28,928 bases of DNA from a virus (Duplodnaviria > Caudoviricetes). Numbering within the stretch: position 1 is the first letter of the stretch; every line of letters starts with the position of its first letter. The stretch lies in the IMG/VR virus record IMGVR_UViG_3300017903_000259, positions 1 to 28,928 of that record; one strand, written 5' to 3'. The position numbers and the translations under genes are program-made. The notes beneath the pieces are model-generated. The model was given only the letters and a program-made list of their open reading frames with translations, had not been told where the DNA came from and did no database searches. Shown here one piece after another: positions 1-8,412 of the stretch.

Positions 1-683
1 CGTCTATGTACAGTATAGCAGGGGCCGTGCTGTTCATAGTCTGCTATGTTGGCTTGTGTGTCATATCCTAGGCGGCGATAGTCAGTACAGCTTCCCCATA
101 TGGTCACGCAGTCTGTGCCTGTGTATGCGGCGGCGTGATGCCAAAATCCATCTGTTGTAACCACAGCATCAGCTTGGGCTACCACTGCCAAACTGCTTCT
201 TATGTTATCAGTTGTGTAGGTGTGTACGCCTTTGTATACTGCTGGTCTTTCTTGGTGTGTAACTCTTACTAGATCCCAATCGTAGTCTGCGAGTATATCT
301 GCGAGAGCTTGCCAATGATACCATGTTTTGTTTACATCATGATGACTGCCTTGGCCTTTAGGGTCTGGACATAACAGTACAAACTTATCATGTCTTGATT
401 CAATGTCATGCGCCAGGTCCCAATCTGATCCACGACAAATGTCTGTAATTGGTGTGCTAGGAGGAACGGGTCGCCATCCCGCAAACTGATACCAACGTGC
501 CCAACGATCATCCTTGTGTTGTAGTTCATCCAAAGGTTCACCTGAGGGCTGTACGAAGTCTAGATGTTTCCATAATCCTTCGTTGGCTTTGTGTGGTTTT
601 GGTATTGTTTTTCTTGTGGGTCTAACAGTGTGTCCCTGTTGTTCCGCGTCTCTTATCCATAGTAAATCGTCACCGTATCCCAT
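1..683 (-). CDS. Glycosyltransferase family 9 (heptosyltransferase-like, GT-B), 3' end beyond window edge
   Basis: Not in ORF track. Manual translation from ATG at 683 (GGAGA RBS upstream, overlaps the asnB stop) is open to position 1: MGYGDDLLW...NKTWYHWQALADIL...AVVAQADAVVTTDGFWHHAAAYTGTDCVTIWG...GPC. This matches GT9 motifs (N-terminal GD, K-x-W..W..L, D-(S)G-xx-H-xAxA-xG-xx-xV-xxxG). Confidence 0.85.
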   Translation of the reverse strand, partial: MGYGDDLLWIRDAEQQGHTVRPTRKTIPKPHKANEGLWKHLDFVQPSGEPLDELQHKDDRWARWYQFAGWRPVPPSTPITDICRGSDWDLAHDIESRHDKFVLLCPDPKGQGSHHDVNKTWYHWQALADILADYDWDLVRVTHQERPAVYKGVHTYTTDNIRSSLAVVAQADAVVTTDGFWHHAAAYTGTDCVTIWGSCTDYRRLGYDTQANIADYEQHGPCYTVHR

Positions 684-2292
684 GTGTTCTCCATTTGTTA
701 TACATCTCTACAGCTGGTTGATCTTTTGGTATGCCACGCCATTGCTGTATAGGAGCTGTCCAACCCGTCTTTGATTTGTTCGTAATGTAGTCTGGCAGTA
801 GCTCTTTGTATGCTGTACGGGTCATGCCCTTCTGTCCTAGTTCAACTTTTGCCTGTGGATCTATGTTCATACAGTATGTCATCAGCTGTTTACTTGCCCA
901 AGGAAAACGTCCTTCCATTCCGTATAGCATACCCAATCTATCATTACGGCGAAAGAAGTCTTCTGAACAGTTGCCTATCTGATCCATGCGTTGGTAAGCC
1001 GCAAGTGCGTAGGTATGCTGTAGATTCTTGAATGGTCCATGTGCTAGGAACTCCGCTAGGTTGTCCTTGCTTATACGAGTTTCAATGCCTGGTGGTCGTT
1101 TGAGCCTTGACAGCCATGCCTTGACAGTGCTACGGTATTCTGGTTGAAAGTTCTTGTTTAGGGCTGTTTTGCTTTGGAACTTGAAGTAGGCAGGATATCC
1201 CAGTGTAAGTTCATCACCCATGTCTCCTGCTAAAGTAATGATGGTACCAGCGTCTGCCATTGCTTTGTTGACCTGTTGATACATTGGTATTGACCAATTG
1301 TACATTGGTTCTTCACAGGCTTGCCATGCTGAGTCAAGGAACTGTTCCCAATCTTTTTCTGTGTGTATTACTTCTTGGTGTGTTGTGCCTAGGTGTTTAG
1401 CTAACTGTTTGGCACAGTCTGCGTCTGAATTGTAGTCTTCTCCGCCCCGTGGATTTGGTGATACCCTTGACGTAAATGTTCTTATGCCAGGCTCTAGCTC
1501 CTGGGCGTGTAGTGCCACGACAGCTGAGTCCATGCCTCCACTTAGGAATATGCCACGCTGTCTTACGCCACGCATACAACGATGTACGCTTGACCTTACC
1601 TCTTCAACAAACTCCTGTGGGCGAAAGTAATCATCCTCAGTGCCTACGACGATGTCTCTGCGATAGCCTACCTGTTCTGACCTACGGAAGGTAATGGTTT
1701 CTCCTGGCAGTATCTTGTAGATGCCATTGTAGAATGAGTACTGTGTAACGTTGAGTCCTGAATAGGCGAAACAGGCCTCCGCCATTGGATTAACTGTTTC
1801 GCCTCCGTGTATCAGTGCCTTTACTTCAGAAGCAAATTCAATGCCCTTGAGGCCCGTGTGACGGTAGTACAATGGCTTGATACCCACGTGATCTCTTGAC
1901 AGAGTTACGGTAAGTTTCTGTGAGTCCCAAAAGGCGAATGCGTGTTGGCTGTCAATCTGTTCAACAAATTGCGTACCAAACTCATCTAGCCCCCATGCGA
2001 GCAGTTCAGTATCACACTGAGTCTTTGGTAGGAAAACTTTATGATATTTCGCACACAGCTCGTCATAGTTGAATATCTCGCCATTGTACACCAACACATT
2101 GCCCTTTGGTGTGCGCCAAGGCTGTGTTGACGTATGTGCTGAGTCCGTTATAGCTAGGAGATTGTGTCCTAATGTTACACATTTGTTATCTGTGTACACG
2201 GAGCTGGCATCAGGACCTCTATGACCGCATTTTACCATCATGTCTCTGACGTAGGTCTCATCAACCCATGTTATACCGTAAACTCCGCACAT
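670..2292 (-). CDS. asnB: Asparagine synthetase B-like glutamine-dependent amidotransferase
   Basis: N-terminal MCG (Ntn Cys), HRGPD, NGEIFN, DTE, RDxxGIKPLYY, LSGGMDS PP-loop, GDxGDE, EGRFP, KxGW motifs. Confidence 0.92.
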   Translation of the reverse strand: MCGVYGITWVDETYVRDMMVKCGHRGPDASSVYTDNKCVTLGHNLLAITDSAHTSTQPWRTPKGNVLVYNGEIFNYDELCAKYHKVFLPKTQCDTELLAWGLDEFGTQFVEQIDSQHAFAFWDSQKLTVTLSRDHVGIKPLYYRHTGLKGIEFASEVKALIHGGETVNPMAEACFAYSGLNVTQYSFYNGIYKILPGETITFRRSEQVGYRRDIVVGTEDDYFRPQEFVEEVRSSVHRCMRGVRQRGIFLSGGMDSAVVALHAQELEPGIRTFTSRVSPNPRGGEDYNSDADCAKQLAKHLGTTHQEVIHTEKDWEQFLDSAWQACEEPMYNWSIPMYQQVNKAMADAGTIITLAGDMGDELTLGYPAYFKFQSKTALNKNFQPEYRSTVKAWLSRLKRPPGIETRISKDNLAEFLAHGPFKNLQHTYALAAYQRMDQIGNCSEDFFRRNDRLGMLYGMEGRFPWASKQLMTYCMNIDPQAKVELGQKGMTRTAYKELLPDYITNKSKTGWTAPIQQWRGIPKDQPAVEMYNKWRTHGIR

Positions 2293-2297
2293 GAAAG

Positions 2298-2304
2298 TAT
2301 TTAT
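2298..2304 (-). promoter_or_regulatory. ATAAATA promoter motif 5 nt upstream of the asnB ATG (probably leaderless transcript)
   Basis: Minus strand reads CCAATAAATACTTTCATG with no SD; the same motif recurs in other intergenic gaps. Confidence 0.65.
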
Positions 2305-2313
2305 TGGAATAGA

Positions 2314-2455
2314 TGTAGGAAGTAGCCTAACAAGAATTTAGGAACGTGTACCAAGTTACAACAGTTTAGATTAGGAGTAAAAAATGTCTTAAGGTACACA
2401 TCAATGGCATTAGGTTAGATATTTGTAGACAGCCTAACCTAAACTACTTCCTACA
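2314..2455 (-). ncRNA. Putative structured small RNA (closing stem plus three internal hairpins)
   Basis: Perfect 12-bp inverted repeat 2314-2325/2444-2455 enclosing stems 2326-2330/2338-2342, 2346-2352/2393-2399 and 2410-2418/2434-2442. G-U extensions favour the minus strand. An ATAAGTA motif lies 4 nt upstream. Confidence 0.6.
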
Positions 2456-2459
2456 CATA

Positions 2460-2497
2460 TACTTATCAGATCTACACACAACCACACTAAAAGTGGC
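2460..2497 (-). promoter_or_regulatory. Promoter GCCACTTTTAG-N20-ATAAGTA
   Basis: Identical 11-mer and identical 20-nt spacing to the element at 3059-3096. Confidence 0.6.
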
Positions 2498-2622
2498 GTT
2501 TTTTTACACATACAAGCCAAACTGCGTTTGTCTTACTGCGTCACTTCGTGACTTGTAATTGCTATCGCTCAAACTAAAATAGACGTAATTGAATTGCTTT
2601 ATGCTTGGCGTTGAAGTCACAC

Positions 2623-2675
2623 GACGGCTATAGTAGTTTCTGGCACAAAAAAAATGCCTCACTACCATAGCCGTC
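2623..2675 (-). other. Long stem-loop in non-coding region
   Basis: GACGGCTAT-G-GTAGT pairs with ACTAC-T-ATAGCCGTC (15 bp with one G-U on the minus strand), plus an inner GGCA/TGCC stem and a U-rich loop. Confidence 0.55.
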
Positions 2676-2823
2676 TCGCTTGGCGTCTCACCACGCGACA
2701 TAACAAGGTTTTACGGAAGACGGATGTATTGAAACTTCCAACTGTTTACACAGCAACCTGCGGCCCAATTCGTGGTATGCCTGTTAAGCAACATACCATA
2801 GTGTGGGGTCATTAGCCGTCATA

Positions 2824-3042
2824 TTACAACCCACGTTTTACTGAATTTAGGGACTTCAACTGGTCCTTCGCTTGCCTACGTGCCTTTTTGTATTTTTTCC
2901 AATCTTTGCCTGTAATAGATTCTTTGAAGGGATCAAAAGGGTATGCCTTGGCGAATTCTTCAATTGCCTTGTCGTGTTTGCGTTGCCTAACTAATTGGAT
3001 ATAGTTTTCGTCTCGTTGTTTTGCTGTTAATTTTTTTACCAT
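2824..3042 (-). CDS. Basic hypothetical protein (72 aa, likely start MVKKL at 3042)
   Basis: ORF track frame; the ATG at 3042 lies downstream of the ATAAATA motif; Lys/Arg-rich. Confidence 0.6.
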   Translation of the reverse strand: MVKKLTAKQRDENYIQLVRQRKHDKAIEEFAKAYPFDPFKESITGKDWKKYKKARRQAKDQLKSLNSVKRGL

Positions 3043-3058
3043 TTTTCTGCCTACAAAG

Positions 3059-3096
3059 TATTTATCACTTAGGCAAAAAAAGGTGCTAAAAGTGGC
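3059..3096 (-). promoter_or_regulatory. Promoter GCCACTTTTAG-N20-ATAAATA
   Basis: ATAAATA at 3059-3065; 11-mer at 3086-3096 duplicated at 2487-2497. Confidence 0.6.
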
Positions 3097-3352
3097 TGTG
3101 TTCAACCCTTAGAAATACTGGGCTGTGCCATGCTGTATAACACTTATTACACTTATATTTGTATATACGGCCTTTGTTGTATTGGTAATCATTTAAGTAA
3201 TTACCCTTGGATCCTGCGTTCAAAACAAAGCTGATGCTTATATGGTCGTGTCCGCACTTTGGACAGTCCCTATATTCAGTCCAATGTTCTTTTCGCAGTT
3301 GATTTTCAACTGGATCCCTACTCATTTGTTGTCCTGAGCCCTTCACTGACAT
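3086..3352 (-). CDS. Zinc-ribbon protein
   Basis: CPKC...CNKC pair followed by W, a TFIIS/RpoM-like ribbon pattern; AAGGA upstream. Confidence 0.65.
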   Translation of the reverse strand: MSVKGSGQQMSRDPVENQLRKEHWTEYRDCPKCGHDHISISFVLNAGSKGNYLNDYQYNKGRIYKYKCNKCYTAWHSPVFLRVEHSHF

Positions 3353-3369
3353 TACTTCTGTCCTTTACT

Positions 3370-3822
3370 TTATGATGTGGCTATTGCGTTTCCTATTTGT
3401 ACAACCTTCCAAGTTGGATTGCCTGCTGAATCATCTTCAATAACTGCCACTGCCAAACATTCTGTTCCTGCGTCACCGTTTGAACAGAAAGCGATGTCAC
3501 CTTGTGTGATATCAGTCCTTGCGTTCAATTGTGCTACAGTTTGTGGATTTAGTTTGAGAATGTGTTCCAAAACAACCTTGTCTGTAGAAGGATCTAATGT
3601 TAGATTATTACCTGAAGAACTGTTTAATTCATCTGGTAGTTGAGTAGCAGGTACTAGAGTGTTTGAGTCAAGCGAAGCTACTCCATTAGCAGTTGCTCTA
3701 CCATCAATAACATTTGTTAATTCGTCAAATGCCGCTTTGATGTCACCTCTAGCCAAAGCTGGAGAATCTGTTCCACTGTCTAAGTTAGTTGTTACTACAT
3801 TGCTTGATGTTGCCCATCCCAT
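3370..3822 (-). CDS. Minor virion/tail protein
   Basis: End of tail operon; GVASLD fibre-type motif; N-terminal module shared with 3833-4450 and 22800-23417; one DSAG; AGGAGG RBS. Confidence 0.65.
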   Translation of the reverse strand: MGWATSSNVVTTNLDSGTDSPALARGDIKAAFDELTNVIDGRATANGVASLDSNTLVPATQLPDELNSSSGNNLTLDPSTDKVVLEHILKLNPQTVAQLNARTDITQGDIAFCSNGDAGTECLAVAVIEDDSAGNPTWKVVQIGNAIATS

Positions 3823-3832
3823 GTTATACCTC

Positions 3833-4450
3833 CTATGATGTCGTTAATTGTTGTATTAGTATTCTAATAATTGGACTACCTGTTGCTTGTCCTTGTTCTT
3901 TAAAAGTTACAGTCTGTGGTGCTATTGGTACATTGTTTATCAACGCAACGTCAAAGTCATTATTACCGTTGCTTTCAACAATACCAAACAAGGTACAGCT
4001 ATCGCTACTTCTATTCATTTCACGTCTAGCAAATTCTTCAGCACCGTCTTTGTTGAATATGATTTGAAAATTAGTACCTAAGTTTGTAGCGGCAGGACTT
4101 TGTATTTCATAATATGTTTCTACAAAAATGCTGTGTTTTCCAACTGCTAATTTAAAGTCGCTAAACAAGCCAGCACTGTCTCCGTTAATAGTTACAATGC
4201 CTGATGGATCTTCTAAACCTGTGTAGGTAAAATTTGTTGTTTGATTTGACGTACTTACACCGTTTGAAAAGTTATTTGCTTTGTCTCCTGTGATCAAAGC
4301 TGTAGCACTTGTGCCTCCTAAAAGGTTTGCGTTGTAGTCCGCGGCAATGGTGTTGAAACCATCAACCAGTGTTTTTAGTTGTGGTCTTGCGTCTTTTAGA
4401 CTGTCATCATCATTGTCAAATGGTGCGTTGCTTGGTAAATCTACTGTCAT
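3833..4450 (-). CDS. Minor virion/tail fibre-like protein
   Basis: Shared N-terminal D-xxx-D-xxxx-AR module, beta-rich C-terminus, one DSAG. Confidence 0.6.
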   Translation of the reverse strand: MTVDLPSNAPFDNDDDSLKDARPQLKTLVDGFNTIAADYNANLLGGTSATALITGDKANNFSNGVSTSNQTTNFTYTGLEDPSGIVTINGDSAGLFSDFKLAVGKHSIFVETYYEIQSPAATNLGTNFQIIFNKDGAEEFARREMNRSSDSCTLFGIVESNGNNDFDVALINNVPIAPQTVTFKEQGQATGSPIIRILIQQLTTS

Positions 4451-5310
4451 TATGCTTCCCTAATGGACCCTGTACTGTCCGTTGATATTTGTTTCATTCC
4501 TGTTACGATTGCGTCAAACGTACAATCAATATTTTTTCTAGCACCAAACGTATTGGCGTCAAATATATTTAACGTTGGCGGCGTAGTGGATTTATCAATA
4601 AAGATAAACGGTGTAACACCTGTATCCAATAAGAAATAATTACCATCACCACTATCTCCTTCAACCACATAATCATCTGCCACGTATTTTGACACAACAG
4701 TATGTGGTTGCGTAATTATTGCTTCTACGCTACCAATTCCGCTGATAGAACCTGCGTCTAATTGACGTATGCCCACTGATCCTGACAGTGTGTCACTGTT
4801 TAGGTCATTTACTGTTCTTGTAATCTTGTCTGATGAAAGTTGTACGTTAATGTTCTTGATATATGGCATAACAAACGTATTTTCATCAACTGTAACGCCA
4901 GCACTGTCTTCGTCGTTGTCTACTGAAACGGTTACTATAAAATACCTTGCCTTTATTGCTTCTACTGAACTTGTGTTTGGACTTATTGTTACGCTGTTAG
5001 GACTGTCAATTGCTCCGCCACTGCTGTCAATGGTGTTTCCATACTGTATTGTAAGTGTTGCTGAATGGCTTGCGTCAACAGTAACCAAAGGATTTATTAA
5101 CTGTACTGATCCATTGTCAATTATGTCTGTTGTAAATGTTAATGGTAGGTCTGGTTCAATTGGAAAGCCCAGGTCAATACCATTACTGTCCCAAAACTGC
5201 CAAAAGTCCCAACCAGTGCCAGCACTGTCACCATACGTGTCCCAAGTAACTGTTGTTTGTGCTTGGTAGTATCCTTCGCCTCTGTTATAATATCCGTTAC
5301 CTGTTGCCAT
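4450..5310 (-). CDS. Virion structural protein (baseplate/tail-tip associated)
   Basis: Directly after the tail tip gene; acidic and Thr/Ser-rich; three DS[AS]G. Confidence 0.6.
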   Translation of the reverse strand: MATGNGYYNRGEGYYQAQTTVTWDTYGDSAGTGWDFWQFWDSNGIDLGFPIEPDLPLTFTTDIIDNGSVQLINPLVTVDASHSATLTIQYGNTIDSSGGAIDSPNSVTISPNTSSVEAIKARYFIVTVSVDNDEDSAGVTVDENTFVMPYIKNINVQLSSDKITRTVNDLNSDTLSGSVGIRQLDAGSISGIGSVEAIITQPHTVVSKYVADDYVVEGDSGDGNYFLLDTGVTPFIFIDKSTTPPTLNIFDANTFGARKNIDCTFDAIVTGMKQISTDSTGSIREA

Positions 5311-5311
5311 C

Positions 5312-7927
5312 CTAAATATCCATGTTCACGTTTACTGAATTATTACCTGCTGTGCCACTTGATACAGCCGCGCCATATCTTAGTGCTTGTAGGTAGTTTA
5401 AAAATGCTTCAATGTTGGTATCTGTTCGTCTGAATCCTCCACTGCCATATGTATATCCGTTTGGATTATCCTGTCTAAATTCATGTAGGTTACTGCCATC
5501 AGCAAAGTCCATCTGTACAGTGTCAATTCTCTTACGCCAACGTACCCTAATAAAGTCTGCTGGATCTCTAGGAGTAAATGTAATGGTAAGTGGTTTTCCA
5601 ACCCCAGTAAATTCATAGAAAGGATCTTTTTTGTTCGTATTATTTCTTGCCTGCCTCAGCTGATATATAATTTGTTCTTTTACAGTACCACTTTGTTGGT
5701 CTACACGTTCAATGACAAATTCATTCACAAAAGCATCTCTAGGCATACAAAGAGTCAATTCATAGGAAACGCCTGTGGTTAATTGAACTTGCTTTGCGTA
5801 ACCTTTTATAGGTCTTTTTAGTCTGTCAAATGCCGCTATCTTATAAGCATCTGGTCTTGTGTTTGGATCAACAAAAACGGCACCACTACTGTCTTCTGTC
5901 AAAGGATTATACAATGGGTAATCACTTGGCCAATCTTCACCAAATCCTGCGGCTGTGTTATTAGCAACTCTTGAGTCTTGTTTGTTAGACTTTGGTGTAT
6001 GAAACAGTCCTTGGTCACCAAAAGCAAACATCTTACCATAACCAGGCACATTATAAAAATTAGGATTAGGTACAGCGCCTATGTCCACGTCTGTTAATGA
6101 TAATTGTGTGTAAGGATCTTGATTAGTTACACATGGTAAGAAGAATCCGCCATCATAAGCCGCCCTAGTTAATGGTAACAAACCAACACCGTTATTAATA
6201 AATTGATCATAGTTGATTGCCAAGTAAGCCCTATTGAAGTTGTCAAACTTGTCTAATTTTTCTAATGGTATATCAAAGCTAGGTGGCAATCCTGTTTGTG
6301 CTCCTGCTGAATCATCTGGATCAAAAGGAGGAAACAAACCTAGTGCGTTTTCTGGTAAAGGACGCACATATGGAATGACCATAAATTCATCTGGTCTATA
6401 AAGTGGTGGTGGTATTTCAATCTGTGGTCCAGTTGTAAATGGATACAGCGTTGCGTCATGTTCAGCGGCATCTACCTTTACGTTGCCATCTGATAATAGT
6501 CGTAAACCTGTTACCCTAAATGTCTGTAAACTTAGATCAAGTATTGTGTCAGTAACCCTAATGATATCACCAACTTCAACGTCAAGTAGTTCTTGGGTAC
6601 CTGTGAATTCAATCTGTCTTTGCTTACGGCTTTTCTTGTAAATCATTTCAGCAAGGTCAAATGCTATTTGGCTGTTTGTAAGAGTATGGAAAGTAAATTC
6701 ACCTGTAAGTTCTTCTTCATTGTCAACAGTTTCATCACCTGATACGGTAAACACCCTTTGTTGGTTTGTAAAGTCTCTGTCTGGATCAACATAATTTACG
6801 AGAACTTGATTGAACTTGGAACCTTTACGTTCACCATCCATTGTTATGCCGCCAACAATCCTGTCCTTGTCAACGTCTAGTGCTACTGTTACCGTTGATG
6901 AAGTGATGTCCGTAGCGTTGCCTCCATCTTCTACCTTTAGTTTATAACGACCTTGTACGAAAGGCATTATACCTCTAGCACCAGCTGTTAGTATCTTTAC
7001 ATTGTCTAGGATCTTGTTATTGGTTTCTACCACAGCATTCATTGTCAATGCTCTACCTGAAATGCTTGGTGTATAGTTTACTGTCTGTTCATATTTGTTT
7101 GCGGCAATCCTAAAACTTTCTGCGTGTATTTCTGACACATCAAGTCCTGCTCCGTATCTAGGATTTTCTAAATAGTCTAATAAACAAGAAGCAGGGTTGA
7201 AACTGTAAGTTTTTGTTCTACTTCCGTACGCCGTAGACAGTTCAATGTTCCCAGCTGTGTGTGTTCTAACGTCAAATACCTTTTTACCTAGCACATCAAA
7301 CCTAACCTGTGGTATACCACCTGAGAATGGATTGTTATCTGCGTCTTCTTGTGTTTTTATTTCACTCCATTCAAAACGCATTACAGCATAGGCAAGTCCT
7401 GGTAGTTTTCTACTTCTCTTACCCCATGTAGCCGCTTCATTGGCTAAACTGCTTTGTCCTTGTGATTCAGTGCCGTTAAAAAACTGTAGTTTAATTCTAT
7501 TCTTGTATCTACCAGCTCCTACTGAATGAACAGTGCCAGCTGTATACTTGCCGCCTGAAGGTAAAGGTAATTCAATGTCATTTACCAATACCTTAGCGAC
7601 GCCCTCAATCTCTCCTTCACATAGTGCGTAAACAACATAGAGATATTTGTTGCTCGTACCATTTGTCTCAGTGAAGATGTTAACTCCGCCAACTCTCCTA
7701 AATCCATACACCACAGGTATTGCTAAATTTGTGCCCTGTTTGGTAACTGTAACACCCTGTGCCTGTTGCCCTGGATCTGGAATATCTGGTGTATCCATAG
7801 CGCCAAAAGGATTTAATACAAAGCCAATAACATCGCCAACAAAGTTGACAACACCCTTGATAGCGCCAACAATTACCTTGCCAATGCCGCCAATAACTTT
7901 ACCAATGCCTTTGGCTATGCCGCCCAT
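5312..7927 (-). CDS. Tail tip / central fibre protein (lambda J-like, phage-tail_3 type)
   Basis: IPVVYG, ALCEGEIEG, NPASCLLDYL..RYGAG, LEVGD-like motifs typical of host-specificity J proteins. Confidence 0.85.
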   Translation of the reverse strand: MGGIAKGIGKVIGGIGKVIVGAIKGVVNFVGDVIGFVLNPFGAMDTPDIPDPGQQAQGVTVTKQGTNLAIPVVYGFRRVGGVNIFTETNGTSNKYLYVVYALCEGEIEGVAKVLVNDIELPLPSGGKYTAGTVHSVGAGRYKNRIKLQFFNGTESQGQSSLANEAATWGKRSRKLPGLAYAVMRFEWSEIKTQEDADNNPFSGGIPQVRFDVLGKKVFDVRTHTAGNIELSTAYGSRTKTYSFNPASCLLDYLENPRYGAGLDVSEIHAESFRIAANKYEQTVNYTPSISGRALTMNAVVETNNKILDNVKILTAGARGIMPFVQGRYKLKVEDGGNATDITSSTVTVALDVDKDRIVGGITMDGERKGSKFNQVLVNYVDPDRDFTNQQRVFTVSGDETVDNEEELTGEFTFHTLTNSQIAFDLAEMIYKKSRKQRQIEFTGTQELLDVEVGDIIRVTDTILDLSLQTFRVTGLRLLSDGNVKVDAAEHDATLYPFTTGPQIEIPPPLYRPDEFMVIPYVRPLPENALGLFPPFDPDDSAGAQTGLPPSFDIPLEKLDKFDNFNRAYLAINYDQFINNGVGLLPLTRAAYDGGFFLPCVTNQDPYTQLSLTDVDIGAVPNPNFYNVPGYGKMFAFGDQGLFHTPKSNKQDSRVANNTAAGFGEDWPSDYPLYNPLTEDSSGAVFVDPNTRPDAYKIAAFDRLKRPIKGYAKQVQLTTGVSYELTLCMPRDAFVNEFVIERVDQQSGTVKEQIIYQLRQARNNTNKKDPFYEFTGVGKPLTITFTPRDPADFIRVRWRKRIDTVQMDFADGSNLHEFRQDNPNGYTYGSGGFRRTDTNIEAFLNYLQALRYGAAVSSGTAGNNSVNVNMDI

Positions 7928-8412
7928 TCATCTCTCCCTAGTTCAGCACAAAAATGATATCCTACTTCATTCATTTTGTTATGCTCACCAAAATACTTTC
8001 TAGCTTTATTTACATATTCAGACCGTACCTCATATTTGGCATCATGGGCCAATACACTTGCCTGGTAATACATACAATTATTTTCCAAGAACCAATTGGT
8101 CATGTATTTCCATAGATCATCCAACAGCAATTTATTTCTAACTTCTGGATGTATAAAGATATACATGATTTCACCATAGCGTTTGTTGTTCCAAAACTTT
8201 TCTTCAATGCTACCAATGATGTAACCAACTATCTCACCTCGTTGCTCAGCTATGAACATTTGGTAGTTGGCCTGTATCATAATCTGTCTCAACTGTTGTT
8301 TCACCCTACGTTTGTCCACGCTGTCATGTCCGTCCATGCCTGCGTCCTTACAGTGTATCAACGTAAGATTAGCAATAGCGTCTAGGTCTGTTGTGCTTGG
8401 TGCTCTTACCAT
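7915..8412 (-). CDS. GNAT-family acetyltransferase-like protein
   Basis: R.....DL..I N-terminus, IAEQRGEIVGY, EIMYIFIHPEVRNK (motif A-like). Confidence 0.65.
   Translation of the reverse strand: MVRAPSTTDLDAIANLTLIHCKDAGMDGHDSVDKRRVKQQLRQIMIQANYQMFIAEQRGEIVGYIIGSIEEKFWNNKRYGEIMYIFIHPEVRNKLLLDDLWKYMTNWFLENNCMYYQASVLAHDAKYEVRSEYVNKARKYFGEHNKMNEVGYHFCAELGRDEWAA

Noticed and set aside
332-774. Short ORFs 332-541 (-) and 514-774 (+)
   Set aside because: They overlap the GT9 frame (1-683, minus), which has family motifs and an RBS.
670-2292. Lasso-peptide cyclase interpretation of the AsnB-like gene
   Set aside because: It retains the N-terminal Cys glutaminase domain, and no lasso B protein or precursor is visible.
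2314-2455. tRNA or tmRNA interpretation of the cloverleaf-like fold
   Set aside because: Too long for a tRNA, no TTC-RA T-loop, no CCA end or canonical arm lengths.
2482-2505. Possible + strand terminator (CCAC...GTGG plus T7)
   Set aside because: Stem only about 4 bp, no + strand gene upstream, and it overlaps the conserved 11-bp box.
2504-2701. 65-aa minus-strand ORF
   Set aside because: No clear RBS or motif and it coincides with strong hairpins; treated as non-coding, though not excluded.
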